DNA from: an uncultured Pseudomonadota bacterium
Lineage (GTDB): Bacteria > Myxococcota_A > Polyangia > Fen-1088
Assembly: GCA_963847705.1 (NCBI GenBank)
Contig: CAWKBC010000027.1
Coordinates: forward strand, 864,001-928,000
Direction of reading: 5' to 3'
DNA length: 64,000 nucleotides
Each line of letters opens with the position of its first letter. Within the stretch, counting starts at the first letter, position 1. Of the stretch, positions 31,613 through 42,998 are shown in pieces. The position numbers were made by a program, and so were the translations under genes. Under the pieces are notes generated by a model. The model had not been told where the DNA came from. It worked only from the letters and a program-made list of their open reading frames with translations, and did no database searches.

Positions 31613-32872
31613 ATGCCGGCGACAAACGCACATCAGAAGTTCTTCGAAATCATCAAGCCGGGCTCGAACTACGAGTTCATCGGCCGGCAGAAGTACTGGA
31701 TCGGTCTGTCCATCGTCCTGGTGACGCTGACGATCATCATGCTTCCGCTCAACGCCTACGTCTTCAAGTCGCGCGGGCACATGCTGAACTGGGGGGTCGA
31801 CTTCCGGGGCGGCAGCGAGATCGTCCTGGAGTTCTCCAAGCCGGTCGAGGCGGGCGAGATTCGCAAGACGCTGGCCGACGCCGGCTTCCCCGACGCCGAC
31901 GTGGTCAAGTACGCCGACCCGTCCGGGCTCAAGAAGTGGAACTACATGGTCCGCGTGGGCGCGGTCTCGGTGGTCTCCGAGCAGCAGGCCAAGCAGATCC
32001 AGGAGTCGCTCGCGCACGAAGGGGACGCCACCCTCAAGCGCTTCGAGTGGTCGGAGGGAGGCGACAAGGTCTATCTCCGCTATGACAAGCCGGTCGACCC
32101 GTCGTCGCTGGCGAGCTCGCTCAAGGCGATTGGCGTGAACACCAACCAGGTGCAGAGCTTCGGCCGCGCCGATGAGAACACCTACGAGGTGACGCTGGTC
32201 GGTCTCGACACCGAGATCCGCCACGCGCTCGACGCCAAGCTGGGCGAGGGGGCCGTCGCCGCGATTCCCTCGGTCGAGTCGGTCGGCGCCAAGGCCGGCA
32301 AGCAGCTGCAGTACGACGGGGCGCGGTCGCTGCTCTACGCGATCCTGCTGATCATGGTCTACATCGCCTTCCGCTTCGACCTGCGCTACGGCCCGGGGAC
32401 GGTGGTCGCGCTGTTGCACGACGCGGTGATCACCGTCGGCGCCTTCGCGATCACCTACAAGGAGTTCTCGCTGACCACCGTGGCGGCGGTCCTCACCATC
32501 ATCGGGTATTCGATGAACGACACCATCGTCGTCTTCGATCGTATCCGCGAGAACGCCACCCGCCTGCGAGACCGGCGCTTCGACCGGGTCGTCAACCAAT
32601 CGATCAACGAGACGCTGTCGCGCACCATCTGGACCAGCGCGACCGTCTTCTTCGTGACCTTCGCCATGAACGTCTTCGGCGTGGGCGTCATCCGCGACTT
32701 CGCCTTCGCCATGAACGTCGGCGTCATCGTGGGGACCTACTCGTCGATCTTCATCGCCAGCCCGATCCTCATCTGGCTCAACGACAAGTACGTCGTCAGC
32801 CAGAAGCGCCAGCAGTCTTCGGGACGCAACGCCCGCCGACCGCGCCGCGACGACGACGAGCCGGAGGTTTAA
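31613..32872 (+). CDS. secF: Protein translocase subunit SecF
   Basis: GVDFRGG, ALLHD, LTIIGYSMNDTIVVFDRIRE, SINETLSRT, GTYSSIFIA. Confidence 0.98.
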   Translation: MPATNAHQKFFEIIKPGSNYEFIGRQKYWIGLSIVLVTLTIIMLPLNAYVFKSRGHMLNWGVDFRGGSEIVLEFSKPVEAGEIRKTLADAGFPDADVVKYADPSGLKKWNYMVRVGAVSVVSEQQAKQIQESLAHEGDATLKRFEWSEGGDKVYLRYDKPVDPSSLASSLKAIGVNTNQVQSFGRADENTYEVTLVGLDTEIRHALDAKLGEGAVAAIPSVESVGAKAGKQLQYDGARSLLYAILLIMVYIAFRFDLRYGPGTVVALLHDAVITVGAFAITYKEFSLTTVAAVLTIIGYSMNDTIVVFDRIRENATRLRDRRFDRVVNQSINETLSRTIWTSATVFFVTFAMNVFGVGVIRDFAFAMNVGVIVGTYSSIFIASPILIWLNDKYVVSQKRQQSSGRNARRPRRDDDEPEV

Positions 32873-32875
32873 CAC

Positions 32876-32949
32876 AGGAACCCTGGGAGGGTTCCTGCGA
32901 CCTCCCGCGAAGAGGTCGCGCGAGCAAAGCTCGCTCGCCCTCACGCGAT
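32876..32949 (-). repeat. Two-hairpin REP-like element (locus F)
   Basis: Minus strand: ATCGCGT-GAGG GCGA GCGAGC ttt GCTCGC GCGA CCTC-TTCGCGGGAGG-tcgc-AGGAACCCT ccc AGGGTTCCT. Confidence 0.88.
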
Positions 32950-32970
32950 GCGCCCCGTTTGTTCGTCGGT

Positions 32971-32979
32971 TTATCCACA
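32971..32979 (+). promoter_or_regulatory. Consensus DnaA box upstream of recJ
   Basis: Perfect TTATCCACA 23 nt before the recJ start. Confidence 0.45.
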
Positions 32980-33002
32980 GGTTGCGGTGCTAGGGTGCCG
33001 AG

Positions 33003-34682
33003 GTGAGCATCGCCTGGCGTGCGCCTTCGATTGACGGTCAGGTGGCCGCGGCGCTGGCGACGGAGGCCAGGCTGAAGCCGCTGACGGCGCGGGTGCTGGT
33101 GGGCCGGGGGATCATTCGGGCAGACGCTGTCTCGAAATTTCTGGAGCCGCGGCTCAGCGATCTTCGGCGCCCCGACGGAATGGCGGATCTGCCGCGCGCG
33201 GTCGACCGGCTGGTGGCCGCCCTGGGCGCCGGCCAGACGATCGGTGTCTTCGGCGACTACGACGTCGACGGCGTGACCACCGCGGCGACGCTGGCCAGCG
33301 CCCTGCGGGCGTTCGGCGGCAAGGTCATCGCGCGCGCCGCCAGCCGACAGGCCGGGTACGGTCTCGGCGTCGAGGACGTGGCGCGCTTCGCCGCGGAGGG
33401 CTGCCGGGTGCTCGTCACCGGCGACTGCGGCACCAGCGACCACGAGGCGCTGGCGACCGGCCGCGCGCGCGGCCTCGACGTCATCGTCATCGACCACCAC
33501 GAGCTGCCGACCGGGGAAACGGCGGCGTACGCGATGGTCAACTCACGTCGTCCGGACGACACCTTCCCGTTCAAGGGGCTCGCCTCCTGTGGGGTGGCGT
33601 TCTACCTGGCGGCGGCGCTGCGCACCCGCCTCGGCGCCAGCTTCGATCCCCGCGAGCTGCTCGATCTGGTGGCGCTGGGGACGATCGCCGATCTGGTGCC
33701 GCTCACCGATGAGAACCGGATCCTGGTCGCCGCCGGGCTCAAGATCCTGTCGGCGCGCAAGCGGCCGGGCCTGGCCGCGCTCATGGAGCGGGCCGAGCTC
33801 ACCGGGGGGCCCATCACCGCCCACCAGGCGGCGTTTCGGCTGACGCCGCGCCTCAACGCGGCCGGGCGGCTCGGCGAAGCGCAGCTGGCGCTCGATCTCT
33901 TGCTGGCGTCGCCCGCCGACGCGCCCCGCCTGGCCGAGGCGATCGACGAGCAGAACACCGAGCGGCAACGAATCCAGGAGCTGGTCTGGATGGAGGCCCG
34001 CGCGCAGGCGGCCGACCAGTCCGACGCGCCGGCCGTGGTGGTCGGGGCCGAGGGGTGGCACCAGGGGGTGGTCGGGATCATCGCCGCCCGCCTGGTCGAC
34101 CAGCTGGCCCGCCCGGCGATCGCCATCGGCTTCAAGAACGGCGAGGGGCGCGGCTCGGCCCGGACAGTGCCGGGGGTGAACCTGTTCGAGGCGCTCGGCG
34201 CCTGCAGCGTTCATCTGACCAAGTTCGGGGGCCACGCCGGAGCCGCCGGGATGAGCATCGCCCTCGACCGGCTGGACCCCTTTCGGGCGGCCTTCGCCGC
34301 CGAGTCTGCCCGCCAGCTCTCCGGACGGACCGCGGCGACGGTCGAGGTCGACGCCGAGGTGGCGCTCGGCGATCTCAATCTGCCGTTTGCCGAAGAGCTG
34401 GCCCGCCTGGCGCCGTTCGGCGCGGCCAACCGCGAGCCGCTGTTCGCCTTACGGGGCGTCACCACCCGCGCCACCCGCGTGGTGGGGAAGGGGCACCTGC
34501 AGCTGACGCTCGACCACGAGGGGACCATCAGCGAGGCGATCGCCTTTGGCTTCGGCGACGAGGATCCCGGGCCGGGCGCGGTGCTCGATCTGGTGGCGAC
34601 CGCCGAGCTCGACACCTTCCGGGGGACCCGCCGGACACGGCTGAGGGTGACCAAACTCGCCCGCCGGCCAAACGCCGACTAA
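33003..34682 (+). CDS. recJ: ssDNA-specific exonuclease RecJ
   Basis: GDYDVDG, DCG, IDHH, ALGTIADLVPL..ENR, PRLNAAGRL, WHQGVVGI, GGH..AAG, LAPFG..N. Confidence 0.97.
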   Translation: MSIAWRAPSIDGQVAAALATEARLKPLTARVLVGRGIIRADAVSKFLEPRLSDLRRPDGMADLPRAVDRLVAALGAGQTIGVFGDYDVDGVTTAATLASALRAFGGKVIARAASRQAGYGLGVEDVARFAAEGCRVLVTGDCGTSDHEALATGRARGLDVIVIDHHELPTGETAAYAMVNSRRPDDTFPFKGLASCGVAFYLAAALRTRLGASFDPRELLDLVALGTIADLVPLTDENRILVAAGLKILSARKRPGLAALMERAELTGGPITAHQAAFRLTPRLNAAGRLGEAQLALDLLLASPADAPRLAEAIDEQNTERQRIQELVWMEARAQAADQSDAPAVVVGAEGWHQGVVGIIAARLVDQLARPAIAIGFKNGEGRGSARTVPGVNLFEALGACSVHLTKFGGHAGAAGMSIALDRLDPFRAAFAAESARQLSGRTAATVEVDAEVALGDLNLPFAEELARLAPFGAANREPLFALRGVTTRATRVVGKGHLQLTLDHEGTISEAIAFGFGDEDPGPGAVLDLVATAELDTFRGTRRTRLRVTKLARRPNAD

Positions 34683-34699
34683 GCTCCGGCCTGTCCGCC

Positions 34700-34984
34700 G
34701 TGCGCTCTCGCCGCCTCATCGATCAGCTCCCGCCCCCGCCGCCACCCCCGGAACGGAGCTTTTGGCAGCTTCTGCCGCGCCGAAATCTGCGCCGCGCGCT
34801 ACTGCTGATCATCGCCATCGTCGCCGTCATCGCCATCAAGCGCAGTGGGGGTCTGTCTCTCGACCGGATCTTCCAGCAGGTCGCGCCACCCACTCCGGCG
34901 CCGACCCCGGAGCCGAGCGGCAGCTTCCACCACCTCGAAGTCCACCCGTCTCCGGCGCAGCCGCACGACCTGCCCCAAAAATGA
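34700..34984 (+). CDS. Small proline-rich single-pass membrane protein
   Basis: GTG start; MRSRRLIDQLPPPPPPPERSFW..RRALLLIIAIVAVIAIKR; fills the recJ-TerC gap with high GC3. Confidence 0.6.
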   Translation: MRSRRLIDQLPPPPPPPERSFWQLLPRRNLRRALLLIIAIVAVIAIKRSGGLSLDRIFQQVAPPTPAPTPEPSGSFHHLEVHPSPAQPHDLPQK

Positions 34985-34985
34985 A

Positions 34986-35942
34986 ATGACCGCGCCTGGC
35001 GAGCCGATGGCGTGGGTGATCTTTGGCGTGGTCGTCGCAACCATGCTCGCGCTCGACCTGGGCGTGTTTCACCGCAAGGCGCACACCGTCCGCGGGCGCG
35101 AGGCGGCGATCTGGTCCGTCATCTGGATCAGCGTGGCGCTGCTCTTCAACCTCGGCATCTACTTCCGGTCCGGATCTGACCGCGGGCTGGAGTTCTTTCA
35201 GGCCTGGCTGATCGAAAAGGCGCTCTCCGTCGACAACCTGTTCGTCTTTCTGGCGGCGTTCTCCTTCTTCGCCGTCCCCGAGAACCTGCAACACCGCGTG
35301 CTGTTCTGGGGGATCCTGGGCGCGCTCATCACCCGGGGCGTGTTCATCGCGGTGGGCGCCGCGCTGCTGGCCGCTTTCCACTGGGTCACCTACATCTTCG
35401 GCGTCTTTCTGGTGGTGACTGCGCTGCGCCTGCTGTTCGGCGGCGACGAGGAGGTCCGCCCCGAGAAGAACCCGGTGCTGGTGCTGTTCCGCCGCTTCGT
35501 CCGGTCGACCCCCGACTACGACGGGGCGCATTTCCTGGTCCGGCACGGCGGCAAGCTGTTCGCCACGCCTCTCCTCACCGTGTTGGTGGTGATCGAGGCG
35601 ACCGACGTGGTGTTCGCCGTCGATTCGATCCCCGCGGTCTTCGGGGTCACGCGGGACGTGTTCATCGTCTACACCTCGAACATCTTCGCGGTCCTCGGCC
35701 TGCGCGCGCTCACCTTCCTGGTCGCCCGGCTGGTCCAGCGGCTGCGCTATCTGAAGGTGGGTCTGGCGCTGGTGCTCGCCTTCGTCGGCGGGAAGATGCT
35801 GATCGCCGATCGTTACCGGATCTCCGACCTGGTGTCGCTGCTCGTCGTCGCCGGCCTGCTCATCTTCGCGGCGCTGCTGTCGCTGCTCGTCCCGCCCAAA
35901 GACTCCCAGGGCTCGACCGGATCGGACGAGCCACCGGCCTAG
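34986..35942 (+). CDS. TerC/Alx family metal homeostasis membrane protein
   Basis: LALDLG, EKALSVDNLFVF, QHRVLFWGILGAL, TDVVFAVDSIPA, VYTSNIFAVLGLRAL. Confidence 0.96.
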   Translation: MTAPGEPMAWVIFGVVVATMLALDLGVFHRKAHTVRGREAAIWSVIWISVALLFNLGIYFRSGSDRGLEFFQAWLIEKALSVDNLFVFLAAFSFFAVPENLQHRVLFWGILGALITRGVFIAVGAALLAAFHWVTYIFGVFLVVTALRLLFGGDEEVRPEKNPVLVLFRRFVRSTPDYDGAHFLVRHGGKLFATPLLTVLVVIEATDVVFAVDSIPAVFGVTRDVFIVYTSNIFAVLGLRALTFLVARLVQRLRYLKVGLALVLAFVGGKMLIADRYRISDLVSLLVVAGLLIFAALLSLLVPPKDSQGSTGSDEPPA

Positions 35943-36775
35943 ACGCGACGGTGCGTCAGGACGGGCAGGGCGCTCCGCACCCGATTCTGATAGTCGAAGT
36001 CGAGACGGGCGAGGGCGACGCCTTCGTGGTCGCCACACTCGGCCAGCACCACCCCCCAGGGATCGACCACCAGCGCGTGGCCGTAGCTGCTCCGGTTCGA
36101 CCCGTGCGCCCCGAACTGCGCCGGGGCCAGGGCGAAGACCTGGTTCTCGATGGCCCGCGCCCGCAGCAGGACGTGCCAGTGATCCTTGCCAGTCTCCACC
36201 GTGAACGCCGAGGGGACCGCCACGATCCGGGCGCCGCCCGCCGTCAACGCCCGGTAGAGCTCGGGAAAGCGGAGGTCATAACAGATGCTGAGCCCGAGGC
36301 CGCCCCAGGGGGTCTCGGCCACCACCGGCGCGCCACCCGGCTCGATCGCCTCCGACTCCCGGAAGCTTCTGCCACCTGGGACATCGACGTCGAAGAGGTG
36401 CATCTTCCGGTAAAGGGACACCACCGCCCCGGAGGGGTCGAGCAGCACGGCGCTGTTGCGGATCTTGTTGCCCGCGCCCCGCTCGGGAAAGCCGCCCAGC
36501 AGCAGCCAGGTTCCGGTCGCGCGCGCCAGTTCCTGCATCGCGTTGAGAATCGGGCCGGCCGGCCTCGTCGCCGCGGCCCCGGGCTCCGGAAGGGTCTCGG
36601 CAATCGCCAGGCGATGATCCCGGTCGTTGCCGAGGAAGGCGAAGTTCTCGGGCAGACCGACCAGCAGCGCGCCGGAGGTGGCGGCCTGGCGGACCAGCTC
36701 GCGCGCACGCTCGAGGTTGGCCTCCACGTTCTCGGTCGAGGTCATCTGAACCGCGCCGACGACCAGGTCCGACAT
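35939..36775 (-). CDS. Carbon-nitrogen hydrolase (Nit1/deaminated glutathione amidase-like)
   Basis: Catalytic triad motifs LPEN, YRKMHLFDV, ICYDLRFPE; TGKDHWHVLLRARAIENQ. Confidence 0.95.
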   Translation of the reverse strand: MSDLVVGAVQMTSTENVEANLERARELVRQAATSGALLVGLPENFAFLGNDRDHRLAIAETLPEPGAAATRPAGPILNAMQELARATGTWLLLGGFPERGAGNKIRNSAVLLDPSGAVVSLYRKMHLFDVDVPGGRSFRESEAIEPGGAPVVAETPWGGLGLSICYDLRFPELYRALTAGGARIVAVPSAFTVETGKDHWHVLLRARAIENQVFALAPAQFGAHGSNRSSYGHALVVDPWGVVLAECGDHEGVALARLDFDYQNRVRSALPVLTHRRV

Positions 36776-36921
36776 GCGGCCCTAGGCTACCACGCCGGCT
36801 TTCAACCTGGACCACGGGCCGCGCAAACCGCGACCAAACGACGCCCCGCGCGGCCGCGCGGCCGACAAAAACACCCGCAAAAAACCCAAGGATCCTGAGG
36901 TTTAGCCCAAGCGCGGCTGTC

Positions 36922-36950
36922 TTGCGGACTGCAGATCACCATGTTATAAA
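36922..36950 (+). promoter_or_regulatory. sigma70 promoter of the rimP-nusA-infB operon
   Basis: TTGCGG-17 nt-TATAAA with an extended TG. Confidence 0.6.
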
Positions 36951-36984
36951 ACGCGGCCTCGAAAGATTACGTTGCCTCCGTAAC

Positions 36985-37014
36985 AGGGTGGGCCGCGTGC
37001 CCGCCCTTTTTATT
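36985..37014 (+). terminator. rimP leader attenuator-like hairpin
   Basis: AGGGTGGGC-cgcgt-GCCCGCCCT followed by TTTTATT, between the promoter and rimP; resembles the widespread rimP/ylxS leader. Confidence 0.7.
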
Positions 37015-37042
37015 GCCCGACACATTTTTGTTTCCAAACATC

Positions 37043-37674
37043 ATGCGAAAGGACCTCCAAGACTTGTGGACGCTCGCTGAGCCCTACGTTCGCGACGCAG
37101 GCTTCGATCTGATCGAAGTCCAGTTTGCGCGTGAGCAACGGGGTGCGGTGCTGCGTCTTTTCATCGATCGGCCGGCTGGTTCCGAGCAAGGTCAGACGCT
37201 CGACCAGGCGCTCATCGGTGTCGACGATTGCGAGCGCGTCAGTCGCGACGTGTCGGCGGCGCTCGACGTGGCCGATAACATTTCACACACGTACTTGTTG
37301 GAAGTGAGCTCGCCCGGGCTTGATCGGCCCCTGCGGCGAGAGCGGGATTTTGCGCGGTTCGTGGGGGAGAGCGCACGCGTGCGGCTCGAGGCGGGGGTCG
37401 AGGGGCGGCGCAACTTTTCCGGGACCATCCAGGCGGCCAAGGACGGCCGCGTGGAGATCGCTTGTGATGGCCGGTCTTACGAGCTCCCCATCGACGACAT
37501 CGTGCGCGCGAACCTCATCCCCGATTGGGATCGGGAGTTCGCTCGTGCGGGCGAAGCGCAGCCTGGATCCGTTCCAGCCGGCGCCAAGCCCAACGAGAAG
37601 TCCATCGCGGGGGGGCGCGAGGTCCCTTCGAAGGTCTCTTCGAAGGGCGCCTCATCCAATAATCGGAGTGCCTC

Positions 37675-37678
<4 letters not shown>
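37043..37678 (+). CDS. rimP: Ribosome maturation factor RimP
   Basis: [39 protein letters not shown]. Confidence 0.96.
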
Positions 37679-39129
<1,451 letters not shown>

Positions 39130-39147
39130 CGATGCGCCAGGGCCCCC

Positions 39148-39426
39148 ATGCCTGTTTCCACCCGAACCTGTATTGGCTGCCGCAAGCGCGGCCCAGCGGG
39201 CGAGATGGTTCGGCTCGCCCGGGCGACCGAGACGGGCACAGTGAAGGTCGCGTCACCAGGGCGCGGACCAGGGCGGGGGGCCTCGCTTCATCCGCGCGCG
39301 GAGTGCATCGAGGGGGCCCTGCGCCCCGGCGTGCTCTCTCGCGCCTTCAAACAGCCGGTCGACATGTCGTCCGATTCGGCTCGCCTTCTTCGCAGTCTTG
39401 GCCTTGCTGGCCAATTGGGCAATTGA
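39148..39426 (+). CDS. ylxR: YlxR (DUF448) RNA-binding protein
   Basis: RTCIGCR, GRGA.LH...C; located between nusA and infB. Confidence 0.85.
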   Translation: MPVSTRTCIGCRKRGPAGEMVRLARATETGTVKVASPGRGPGRGASLHPRAECIEGALRPGVLSRAFKQPVDMSSDSARLLRSLGLAGQLGN

Positions 39427-39454
39427 CCACGGTCTCGCGTAACCAGGGGACATC

Positions 39455-42176
39455 ATGATCAGCGGATACGACAGAGACAGAGCAGGAACACCGGAAGCGC
39501 CGGTCGGACCGCGCGTGCGGCTCTACGAGCTGGCGAAGGATCTCGGCCTGCAGCCGAAGGATCTGGTCGCCAAGGTGCGCGCCATGGCCATCGACGTCGC
39601 CAACCACATGTCTCAGATCGAGCCGGCCGACGCCGACCGGATCCGGCGCGCCGTCGACCGCGAACGGCATGAGAGCCTGGTCGAAGAGCGTCTGACCGTC
39701 GACGGCACCGTCATCCGGCGCCGTTCGAAGGCCGTCGCCGCCGGCGCTCCCGCGCCCGCGCGGCCGGTGGTCAGCGCCGCGCCGGCCCCGGCTCCCGTCG
39801 CTGCGGCACCCGCCGCGCCCGCGCCCCAGCCGGTCGCCCCGCCACCACCGCCGGCACCTGTCCGTGCGCCCGAGCCGGTCGTGGTCGCCAAGGCCGAGCC
39901 CGCCCAGCCACCGACGCCAGCACCGGCTCCCGCGCCGCCCGTCGAGGTCGAAGCTTCGGCGCCCGTCGAGGCTCCTGCCCCGCCGCCTCCCCCCGCGCAG
40001 GCCGCCGCCCCGGCCGCCCCCGCGGCGCCGGTGGTCTCGAAGCCGATCGAGATGCCGGTTCCGCAGCCGCTGTCGCGGGCGGGCCTGAAGACGATCCCGC
40101 AGCCGGTGGTCACCGGCTCCGCGGCCACCGGCGCGTTCATCCAGCTCCCCGGCCTGGCCCCGCGCGGCACCGACGCCAACGCGCCGCGCGTCGAGATCAA
40201 GGACCGCGACGAGGAGCTGCGCCGCCTCGGCCGCAGCAACCTGCTCAACCGCGCCCCGGCCGGCCGCGACCGTTTCGGCCGCCCGTCGTTCGGTCCGGGC
40301 GGCCAGCGCCCCGGCAGCTTCCCCAAGAAGCGCGTCGCCGCCGCCGGCAAGAAGCTGAAGCAGACCCAGATCACCACGCCGGCCGAGCACAAGCGCGTGG
40401 TCCGCATGGGCGACACCATCGCCGTCGCCGAGCTGGCCAAGAAGATGGCCGTGCAGGGACGCGAGATCGTCAAGAAGCTCTGGGCCCTCGGCATGATGGG
40501 GGTGACGATCAACCAGGACATCGATCTCGACACGGCGACGCTCATCGCCAACGAGTTCGGGTTCCAGATCGAGTCGACCGCCTTCAACGAGGAAGAGGTC
40601 CTCACCGACACCGAGACGCCGGACAACCCGGAGGACGTCGTCCCCCGCGCGCCGGTCGTCACCATCATGGGGCACGTCGACCATGGCAAGACCTCGCTGC
40701 TCGACGCCATCCGCAAGGCGAACGTCGCCGCCGGCGAGGCGGGCGGCATCACCCAGCACATCGGCGCCTACAAGGTGGCGGGCGAGAAGGGGGAGGTCGT
40801 CTTCCTCGATACGCCGGGCCACGAGGCCTTCACCGCCATGCGCGCGCGCGGCGCCCAGATGACCGACATCGTCGTCCTGGTCGTCGCCGCCGACGACGGG
40901 CCGATGCCGCAGACGATCGAGGCCATCAACCACGCCAAGGAGGCGCAGGTCCCCATCGTCGTGGCCATCAACAAGATCGACAAGCCGGGCGCCAACCCGG
41001 ATCTCATCCGCAACAAGCTCGCCGAGCACCAGCTGGTGTCGGAAGAGTGGGGCGGCACCACGATCTTCGTGAACGTCTCGGCCAAGACCAAAGAGGGCAT
41101 CGACAAGCTGCTGGAGATGCTGGCCCTGCAGGCCGAGCTGCTCGAGCTCAAGGCCAACCCCAACAAGCAGGCCAAGGGGCACGTGATCGAGGCGCGCCTC
41201 GATCGCGCCCGCGGACCGATCTCGACGATTCTGGTCGAGGACGGGACGCTGAGGCTGGGCGACCTGGTCGTCGCCGGCGAGTACTCCGGGAAGATCCGCG
41301 CCATGCTGGGCGACAAGGGACAGTCGCTCACCGAGGCCGGACCGTCGACGCCGGTGGAGGTGCTGGGCCTCGACGGCGTGCCCGACGCGGGCGAGGTCTT
41401 CAACGTCGTCACCGACGAGAAGGCGGTCAAGACGCTGGTCGAGCACCGGCACGACGCGCGCCGCAAGAAGGAGCTGGCCTCCGGGTCCGGCACCGGCCGG
41501 GTGACGCTGGAGAACATCCTCGACAAGATCAAGAGCGGCGAGGTCAAGGAGGTGAAGGTGATCCTCAAGGCCGACGTGCAAGGCTCGGTCGAGGCGGTCG
41601 CCAGCGCGCTGACCAAGCTGTCCACGGAATCGGTGGGGGTGAACGTCATCTCCACCGGCGTCGGCGGCATCACCGAGTCCGACGTCAGCCTGGCCAAGGC
41701 CTCCTCGGCCGTGGTGATCGGGTTCAACGTGCGTCCCGCCGGCAAGGCGCAGCAGCTGGCCGAGCAGGAGGACGTGGACATCAAGCTCTACCAGGTCATC
41801 TACGACGCCATCGATGACGTCAAGAAGGCCATGGTCGGCATGCTGGCGCCGATCTCGCGGGAGAAGCTGCTCGGCAAGGCCGAGGTCCGCCAGGTCTTCA
41901 CCATCCCCAAGGCCGGCACCATCGCCGGCAGCTTCGTCACCGAGGGGAAGATCACCCGGAAGGCGCATCCTCCGCCTGGTGCGCGATGCGGTGGTCATCT
42001 ACACCGGCAAGGTCGGCTCGCTGCGCCGGTTCAAGGACGACGCCTCCGAAGTGGCGGCGGGCTACGAGTGCGGCCTGTCGATCGAGGGCTACGCCGACGT
42101 CCGCGTCGGCGACATCATCGAAGCGTTCGAGATCGAGACGATCGCCGCCACCCTCGACGCTCCGAAGGCGTCATGA
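39455..42176 (+). CDS. infB: Translation initiation factor IF-2 (apparent +1 indel at ~41969)
   Basis: [29 protein letters not shown]. The C-terminus ([25 protein letters not shown]) is in the 41814..42176 frame. Confidence 0.96.
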
Positions 42177-42181
42177 TCGCC

Positions 42182-42214
42182 CGGGAACCCTGGAGGGTTC
42201 CCGATCCGCGCGAT
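42182..42214 (-). repeat. Truncated REP-like element (locus G; tag + hairpin 2 only)
   Basis: Minus strand ATCGCGCGGAT-CGGGAACCCT cc AGGGTTCCCG. Confidence 0.7.
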
Positions 42215-42539
42215 GACGGTTGCCATCGCGCGGGTCACGCTCGTCCTGGCCGCCGCGCGGTCGCTCAAGGACAAGCGTTCGGTCGTGAAGCGTCTCAAGG
42301 ATCTGGTGCGAAACCAATTCAACGTCTCGATCGCCGAGGTCGACGCGCATGACAACTGGCAGCGCGCCGTGCTCGGCCTGACGCTGGTGGGGAGCGACCG
42401 ACGCTTCGCCGAGTCGGCCATCGACGAGGTGCTGCGCTTCGTGCGCGACCACGCCGACGTGGCCAAGGACGAGCACGAGCTGCAGGACTTCGGCGGCGGC
42501 GCGCTCAACGGTCCCGACTTCACGCACTGGGAGGGGTAG
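42213..42539 (+). CDS. DUF503 (YlxP) family protein
   Basis: [10 protein letters not shown]......FNVSIAEV...D.WQRA.LG; located between infB and rbfA. Confidence 0.92.
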   Translation: MTVAIARVTLVLAAARSLKDKRSVVKRLKDLVRNQFNVSIAEVDAHDNWQRAVLGLTLVGSDRRFAESAIDEVLRFVRDHADVAKDEHELQDFGGGALNGPDFTHWEG

Positions 42540-42546
42540 GGAGCAG

Positions 42547-42996
42547 ATGTCGCAACGGGTGGAGCGCGTGGCGAGCGAAGTGCGCGGGGTGCTGGGCGAG
42601 GTCCTGGCGCGCGACGAGATCGAGGATCCGCGCGTGCGGGGCGCCGGCCTCATCACGGTCACCCATGTGCGCGTCTCGGGCGATCTGCAGCACGCGCGCG
42701 CCTCCTTCACCGTGCACGGACTCGACGACGCGGCGCTCGAGCGGGTGCGCACCGGGCTCAACCACGCGAGCGGCTACTTCCGCCAGGCGATCTCCCGCCG
42801 CCTGCGGATGAAGGTCGCGCCGGCCGTCACCTTCGTGGTCGACCAGGTGTTCGAGCAAGCGGCGCACGTGGAGCAGCTCCTGCGCGAGATTCATCCGGCG
42901 GTCGCCAAACCAGAAGCAGCGACCGAACCGGACGCCGACGGCGAAGAGACGGATGCCGACGAGCCGGACGACGGCGAGCCGGACCCCAAGGAGTAG
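42547..42996 (+). CDS. rbfA: Ribosome-binding factor A
   Basis: RVERVA, DPRV, ITVTHVRVSGDL..A, L..ASGYFR......LRMK..P...F..D. Confidence 0.95.
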   Translation: MSQRVERVASEVRGVLGEVLARDEIEDPRVRGAGLITVTHVRVSGDLQHARASFTVHGLDDAALERVRTGLNHASGYFRQAISRRLRMKVAPAVTFVVDQVFEQAAHVEQLLREIHPAVAKPEAATEPDADGEETDADEPDDGEPDPKE

Positions 42997-42998
42997 CG

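Noticed and set aside
41960-42352. Programmed frameshift or alternative C-terminus in infB (similarly tgt)
   Set aside because: No slippery site, the essential domain lies in the other frame, and it matches a window-wide pattern of +1 insertions.
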